DNA of 12,923 nucleotides from a virus (Duplodnaviria; Heunggongvirae; Uroviricota; Caudoviricetes): IMG/VR virus record IMGVR_UViG_3300029079_000072, positions 1 to 12,923 of that record; one strand, 5' to 3'. Shown piece by piece: positions 9,062 to 12,923 of this stretch (position 1 is its first letter; each line of letters starts with the position of its first letter). The notes under the pieces were generated by a model. It saw only the letters and a program-made list of their open reading frames with translations, ran no database searches and was not told where the DNA came from. The position numbers and the translations under genes were made by a program.

Positions 9062-9241
9062 ATGGTTAGTAAAAGCAAGGCGCATTGCCGCCGCATGCTG
9101 CAGGCATTGCAACAGACGAGAGCAGGTATTTTTGACCAGTTGGAAAACTGCCAGCATACTTTGCCCGAGTATATCGCCATCTCATCGGAAACCAGTGCAA
9201 CTCTTATTCATCGGGTTCCACCAGAGAAAAAGAAGAAATGA
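9062..9241 (+). CDS. Small hypothetical protein (59 aa), basic C-terminus
   Basis: ATG at 9062 is preceded by a strong GAGGAAGGAAAG ribosome-binding site; ends with KKKK. No recognisable homology. Confidence 0.45.
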   Translation: MVSKSKAHCRRMLQALQQTRAGIFDQLENCQHTLPEYIAISSETSATLIHRVPPEKKKK

Positions 9242-9245
9242 ACAG

Positions 9246-9274
9246 TGAGGCGTTGTGTGGCATACAACGCCTTC
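9246..9274 (+). terminator. Hairpin between convergent genes (putative terminator)
   Basis: 9-10 bp stem GAGGCGTTGT / ACAACGCCTT with a 7-nt loop just after the 9062..9241 stop, followed by a pyrimidine-rich TCTTCC tract. Confidence 0.4.
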
Positions 9275-9363
9275 TTCCATCATTCCTCGTCAGCCATGAC
9301 AAAAATATAACCGCTGGCTCTTTCATTTTTCTCCTGCGTCCAGCCCCTCTCTACCTGGAAGCA

Positions 9364-9690
9364 TCAAGGACGTGACGGCGTAAAGATAAATTGTCTCTTC
9401 ACTCCCTGACAGGGGCGATTCTTTTCAAATCGCCATTTCGCCATGGCCTTCACCACTTCATCACGAAACAAATTATGAGGCTCTGAGCGGAGAAAAACGA
9501 TCCGTGTCACAGTCCCATCAGCACCAATATCGAACTTAACCTCAACCAGCCCCTTGATATAATTTGCTGCAGCATATTCCGGATATCGTGGATACACCGT
9601 CACTAATTGCCGGGGCTCATCAGCTTTTTGCTGCGAGCATCCCACTGCCAGGACAGATAACAGAAAAAGTAGTAAAAGGCGTCTTTTCAT
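9364..9690 (-). CDS. Lipoprotein with TonB C-terminal-like domain (108 aa)
   Basis: MKRRLLLLFLLSVLAVGC is a lipoprotein-type signal with a lipobox-like AVGC and Ser at +2. The rest (VTVYPRYPEYAAANYIKGLVEVKFDIGADGTVTRIVFLRSEPHNLFRDEVVKAMAKWRF) fits the TonB_C pattern YP..A....G.V.V.F.I..DG.V......S.P...F...V..A...WR. ATG at 9688..9690 is preceded by AGGAAT. Confidence 0.7.
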   Translation of the reverse strand: MKRRLLLLFLLSVLAVGCSQQKADEPRQLVTVYPRYPEYAAANYIKGLVEVKFDIGADGTVTRIVFLRSEPHNLFRDEVVKAMAKWRFEKNRPCQGVKRQFIFTPSRP

Positions 9691-10001
9691 TTTTATTCCT
9701 ACGGGTCTTATTCTGACAATATATCCTGTGTTCCAGACTGCCACATCACCACATCCTGTGCCATTATCTGACTCACATTACATACATCGCATCGGGATAC
9801 AGTAGTAGCACTTTCTGTAATACAGCTTCCTGTTTCTTCCACCATCGCACCGGGATAAACCCGCGAATCATTAACGCGGTAAAAAACCCGGTGTGCATCG
9901 TTTTTAATTATCCCCGCACACTCGCGCAGAGGAGTCTCCCTGTCGGGCTGCGGTCTCTGTTAATGAGGGAATATAGCGACGATACGGCGCATCAACAAAA
10001 C

Positions 10002-10475
10002 TTATTTCAGGCACTGAGTGCGGATATAGTCCTGTGCCCCTTCCAGTTGCTTGTGCATCGTCATCAGCCGCTCTCTGAGGGTGAAATAATCCCGTGTAAC
10101 GGTGTCTGCCAGTTGGGGGCCGGTTGCATTATCCACGCCGGAGGTGGTGGGGGCTTCACGCACGGAGCCTGGACAGGTGGCGTTGATCCGCAGGCGCTTA
10201 CGACCAGCGGCAACGTCAGCGCGAAGAGTTTCATTTTCAGCTCTCGCATCGGCTAATTCCCTCGAGTATTTTGCATCGAGCGCAGCAACATCGCGCTGGC
10301 GCACCTGCATATCAGTAATGGTTGCGTTCGCCAGCTTCAGTTCACTGGCTTTGTTATCGCGCTGCGCTTTGTAGGTAATCGCGTTATCACGGTAATGGTC
10401 TGTTGCCATCCACAGCGCACCACAGGCCACCAGCAGAATAACGATAAACGCGGAAAGCATTCGGTTTATGTTCAC
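10002..10475 (-). CDS. Rz: Rz i-spanin (inner-membrane spanin subunit)
   Basis: ...[72 protein letters not shown]... aligns with lambda Rz almost throughout (from memory). The track start is GTG at 10475; an ATG at 10458..10460 is an alternative start. Confidence 0.9.
   Translation of the reverse strand: MNINRMLSAFIVILLVACGALWMATDHYRDNAITYKAQRDNKASELKLANATITDMQVRQRDVAALDAKYSRELADARAENETLRADVAAGRKRLRINATCPGSVREAPTTSGVDNATGPQLADTVTRDYFTLRERLMTMHKQLEGAQDYIRTQCLK
10064..10249 (-). CDS. Rz1: Rz1 o-spanin lipoprotein, embedded in the +1 frame of Rz
   Basis: [22 protein letters not shown]...[30 protein letters not shown] parallels lambda Rz1 (MLKLKMMLCVMMLPLVVVGC...[30 protein letters not shown]); lipobox VSAC; entirely inside Rz. 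Confidence 0.85.
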   Translation of the reverse strand: MRELKMKLFALTLPLVVSACGSTPPVQAPCVKPPPPPAWIMQPAPNWQTPLHGIISPSESG

Positions 10476-10603
10476 CCCAGCAACCCCGACGAAGACAACA
10501 TCATCCAGGCCATGGAAAGAAAAAGAGCAACCAGCATTAGTGAAAATGAAATGCCGACAATTACACAGAGGATCTTCGCCAGCGTTATGAGTTTGTCTGA
10601 CAT
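10472..10603 (-). CDS. Small hydrophobic membrane protein (43 aa), candidate holin/antiholin-like
   Basis: ATG at 10601..10603 is preceded by GGGAGGA. Translation [43 protein letters not shown] is about 30 aa of continuous hydrophobic sequence. Its stop TGA overlaps the Rz start. Confidence 0.5.
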   Translation of the reverse strand: MSDKLITLAKILCVIVGISFSLMLVALFLSMAWMMLSSSGLLG

Positions 10604-10617
10604 GCTTAATCCTCCCT

Positions 10618-10800
10618 TCACGATTTCAACGCAATGACCAGTTTTGCCAGCCCATACAGCATCGGGGACACAGCAACACCGACCGCCACCCACTTAATGG
10701 CAAAAGCCAGTGCTCTGCTGATGTCATCAGTTACAGGCGCTTTCAGTTCAAGGCCATTTTTCATAGTCAACCTCAACAGAATTCGTTTACACTTCGCCAT
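10618..10800 (-). CDS. Small protein (60 aa) with basic N-terminus and C-terminal transmembrane segment
   Basis: ATG at 10798..10800 is preceded by AAGGGAG. Translation is [60 protein letters not shown]. It ends 14 nt upstream of the 43-aa gene. Confidence 0.5.
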   Translation of the reverse strand: MAKCKRILLRLTMKNGLELKAPVTDDISRALAFAIKWVAVGVAVSPMLYGLAKLVIALKS

Positions 10801-10956
10801 GTTCTCCCTTGCCTTACTCAAGGTCAGAAACACAAAACCTCGCTTGGTGCCAACAAACGGGGTTTTTACTTTTATTCACTTACGTTTCGCCAGTTCGCAG
10901 GATTTCGTGTTATCCGCCCGCGTGGCCATTCCTCATTTTTCAGCAAAATATTCTGC

Positions 10957-11490
10957 TTATCTGTCGATACCCCAGCACGCCAGCGCGCTCTCCTGGTCAC
11001 GACGGGATACCTGACCGTAACAGTTGTTTGAACGAATACGGCAGTCTCTGCCACCGTCCTTAATCCACCAGCGAATCGCTTCGCAGGCACCTTTTCGATC
11101 ACCAGCATTAATTCGTCTGTAAAACGTCGACGGGAAACACTTACCGGGACCAATGTTGTACGGACAGAATGACGCGATCCCCGCTTTCTGGGGTTCGGTC
11201 AGCGGCACTCTGATGTTTTTCTCCACCCACGCCAGCGCTTTATCACGCTCAATGGCGTTAACCTGGTCGCATTTTTCCTTCGACAACTTCATGCCCGGAA
11301 CGACAGGTTTGCCATCCACCATGATGGCACCACGGCAGATGGTCCAGATACCTGCACCATCACGGTATGCTGTGGTGTGGTTGCCTTCCTTTTCATCCAG
11401 AAACTGGTCGAGAATGTCAGGCGCAGGCGCACCAGCGGCAATCAGCGCCAGAACGGCAGCCGACAGGCCGTATTTGATTTTGGTGTTCAT
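10957..11490 (-). CDS. SAR endolysin (T4-lysozyme-like, GH24)
   Basis: N-terminal Gly/Ala-rich weakly hydrophobic signal-anchor-release segment (YGLSAAVLALIAAGAPA), then an E-x8-D-x5-T catalytic arrangement (EGNHTTAYRDGAGIWT). Overall resemblance to P21/Qin-type prophage lysozymes from memory. No obvious Shine-Dalgarno sequence. Confidence 0.88.
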   Translation of the reverse strand: MNTKIKYGLSAAVLALIAAGAPAPDILDQFLDEKEGNHTTAYRDGAGIWTICRGAIMVDGKPVVPGMKLSKEKCDQVNAIERDKALAWVEKNIRVPLTEPQKAGIASFCPYNIGPGKCFPSTFYRRINAGDRKGACEAIRWWIKDGGRDCRIRSNNCYGQVSRRDQESALACWGIDR

Positions 11491-11549
11491 GGATATATTA
11501 AATATTCAGCCGCTGTCCCTGGCCCACTAAATACGCACTTTAAGATAAG

Positions 11550-12269
11550 TCAGCCCCGGATGAAGCCAGTAAGCCGGCACTTTTTTAAAGGGTGGAGTAT
11601 TAAAATCACGAAGAAGAGCCTCCCGCACAATTGCATCCTTATCAGCACCACTGGTACGATGTCGCTTTCACGGTACATTGAGCGGATTTTTTCCGCACGC
11701 AACCCCAGCGAACGACGTAATACCGCTTCCGGTAGCGCGTCCGCCACCTGATTGCGGACCGCCCACCAGGATAATTCAGCCAGCGATAATTCCCGTTCCT
11801 GCGAGCCATTCATTGCATGGCGTATGACGTCAATCATCCATGCAAACAGGTTTTGGTGAGCAAGTTGCCCGAGTGATTCGGAGGTCTGGTCGCGCAGCTG
11901 GTTGTCGCAGTGCCAGCACAACACCATTGCGCCGGTACCATAACGGTGAATGACGGTTTCACTGTGGTGATAATCGCCGTGTGGCCACTGGCAGGATTTA
12001 ACATGGCGCAGTAACCAGTCAGACAATGCGCCAGCGCCACCAGCAGCACGAATCACTCGTTCGTCGCTGAAAAATGGCAGTAATGATTTATCCTCCGCCA
12101 GCGGCTGGCGAACGGCAGGAACGACCCCGGACGGCAGATTACGCATGCTTTTCGGTTCCGGCTCCACCAGTACCCGGGTATTGTGGAATACCGGCATGGA
12201 TTCACGGCCCGGCTTAACGATCACCAGCCCGAGTTCCGGTACCAGAACAGGTCGAAGTAATACCCGCAC
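11550..12269 (-). CDS. Prophage protein, possibly YdfU/DUF968-like; last ~35 aa look non-native
   Basis: 239-aa ORF starting at GTG 12267..12269 with GGAGG overlapping the upstream stop. Contains a Cys/His cluster (HGDYHHSETVIHRYGTGAMVLCWHCDNQ). Family assignment is from weak memory. The C-terminal tail ...LCGRLFFVILILHPLKKCRLTGFIRG looks like read-through. Confidence 0.55.
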   Translation of the reverse strand: MRVLLRPVLVPELGLVIVKPGRESMPVFHNTRVLVEPEPKSMRNLPSGVVPAVRQPLAEDKSLLPFFSDERVIRAAGGAGALSDWLLRHVKSCQWPHGDYHHSETVIHRYGTGAMVLCWHCDNQLRDQTSESLGQLAHQNLFAWMIDVIRHAMNGSQERELSLAELSWWAVRNQVADALPEAVLRRSLGLRAEKIRSMYRESDIVPVVLIRMQLCGRLFFVILILHPLKKCRLTGFIRG

Positions 12270-12270
12270 G

Positions 12271-12543
12271 TTACCTCCAGATGCGTTGCTGGAATGTGCG
12301 GGACGGACGCGGTGGGCGTTCAGAGTAAGGAAGCCTGACGGAGATTATCCAGTGACGATAATCGAGGCTGAGGGCTTTCTTAATCTCGTATCCGCGTCTG
12401 CGGTAGTTATGAATTAGCCATTCGGCCTGTTCTTCAGTACATGGTGGGTGTTGGTACCAGTCGGTTTTAAATGCGTGTGAACGCCGCCCATGCCGGATGG
12501 CAAGGTCGGTATCAGAATTGTGAAATTTGGTTTTGTGCGCCAT
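12271..12543 (-). CDS. Small prophage protein (90 aa), possibly Rem-like by position
   Basis: ATG at 12541..12543; stop TAA is 1 nt before the GTG of the next gene (GGAGGTAACGTG), suggesting translational coupling. The Rem assignment rests only on recalled Qin gene order (hokD-rem-ydfU). Confidence 0.5.
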   Translation of the reverse strand: MAHKTKFHNSDTDLAIRHGRRSHAFKTDWYQHPPCTEEQAEWLIHNYRRRGYEIKKALSLDYRHWIISVRLPYSERPPRPSRTFQQRIWR

Positions 12544-12612
12544 CTGTTTTCTCTGCTGGCGCAGCAGGTGTCAGGTGTTCAGGCTGACGTGCGAATTGTA
12601 AACCAGAATGCC

Positions 12613-12651
12613 AGAAAAAAACAAAACCCGCCGAACCGGGTTAAGTGCGGG
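12613..12651 (-). terminator. Intrinsic terminator downstream of hok (minus strand)
   Basis: Minus strand CCCGC-ACTTAACCCGGTTCG-GCGGG stem-loop followed by TTTTGTTTTTTT, about 60 nt after the hok stop. Confidence 0.55.
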
Positions 12652-12710
12652 TGCGTTGAGGATGCCTGACACATCAGAGGTGGCGAGGGATTTCTCCCCC
12701 GCCAGGTCTC

Positions 12711-12866
12711 TTACTCCTCAGGTTCGTAAGCTGTGAAGACAGCGACCTCCGTCTGGCCGGTTCGGAGTCGTACCTCGCAGAGGTCTTTCCTCGTTACCAG
12801 TGCCGTCACTATGACGGTTAAACAGATGACGATCAGGGCGATTAACATCGCCTTTTGCTGCTTCAT
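12711..12866 (-). CDS. hokD: Hok-family type I toxin (51 aa)
   Basis: MKQQKAMLIALIVICLTVIVTALVTRKDLCEVRLRTGQTEVAVFTAYEPEE matches HokD/RelF as recalled except I to L at one position. ATG at 12864..12866 is preceded by GGGGAAG. An in-frame extension reaches ATG 12921..12923 at the window edge. Confidence 0.88.
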   Translation of the reverse strand: MKQQKAMLIALIVICLTVIVTALVTRKDLCEVRLRTGQTEVAVFTAYEPEE

Positions 12867-12923
12867 AGCCTGCTTCCCCTTGCCTTTCGGCACGTAAGAG
12901 GCTAACCTACATTTGTGAGACAT

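Noticed and set aside
9691-10001. Possible sigma70 promoter for the TonB-like lipoprotein (TATATT-like -10 about 35 nt upstream of its ATG)
   Set aside because: I could not find a convincing -35 element at proper spacing by eye; too weak to report as a feature without a promoter-prediction tool.
9891-10374. Plus-strand ORFs (121 aa and 90 aa) overlapping Rz/Rz1
   Set aside because: Antisense to the clearly homologous Rz/Rz1 pair; no independent support.
10634-11530. Plus-strand ORFs (126 aa and 125 aa) opposite the endolysin and small membrane-protein genes
   Set aside because: Antisense to the endolysin, which has a recognisable catalytic motif; low-complexity Ser/Ala-rich translations.
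11834-12417. Overlapping small ORFs (71 aa minus, 90 aa plus) inside or opposite the YdfU-like gene
   Set aside because: Alternative-frame or antisense ORFs within a longer, better-supported reading frame.
1-12923. Scan for tRNA, CRISPR arrays and IS elements
   Set aside because: No regularly spaced direct repeats, no tRNA-like cloverleaf candidates and no transposase-like ORFs or terminal inverted repeats seen; the only repeats are the tfa 3' direct repeats and the cosB 9-mers.

Overview
This window reads as a defective lambdoid prophage (lambda/Qin/DLP12-like) from an enterobacterial genome, with the late genes on the minus strand. Order along the minus strand: hok-family toxin, two small prophage proteins (Rem-like and YdfU-like), a SAR endolysin, two tiny membrane proteins, Rz/Rz1 spanins, a TonB-C-domain lipoprotein, two small plus-strand genes, a cos site, terminase small subunit Nu1, a deletion scar, the C-terminal two thirds of tail protein J, lom, side tail fiber Stf, Tfa, a plus-strand AT-rich SAM methyltransferase, and a short Tfa-like gene. 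All calls rest on reading the supplied translations and DNA by eye against remembered lambda-family proteins and the lambda cos sequence; no search was run. Best supported: an apparently intact cos site with Nu1 beside a deletion that removed terminase large subunit through the first third of J. Most worth a second look are the accessory genes: the TonB-C-domain lipoprotein in the bor position, the secreted Cys-motif peptide, and the holin-less lysis cassette with two small membrane proteins between endolysin and Rz. No tRNA, rRNA, CRISPR array or IS element was seen.
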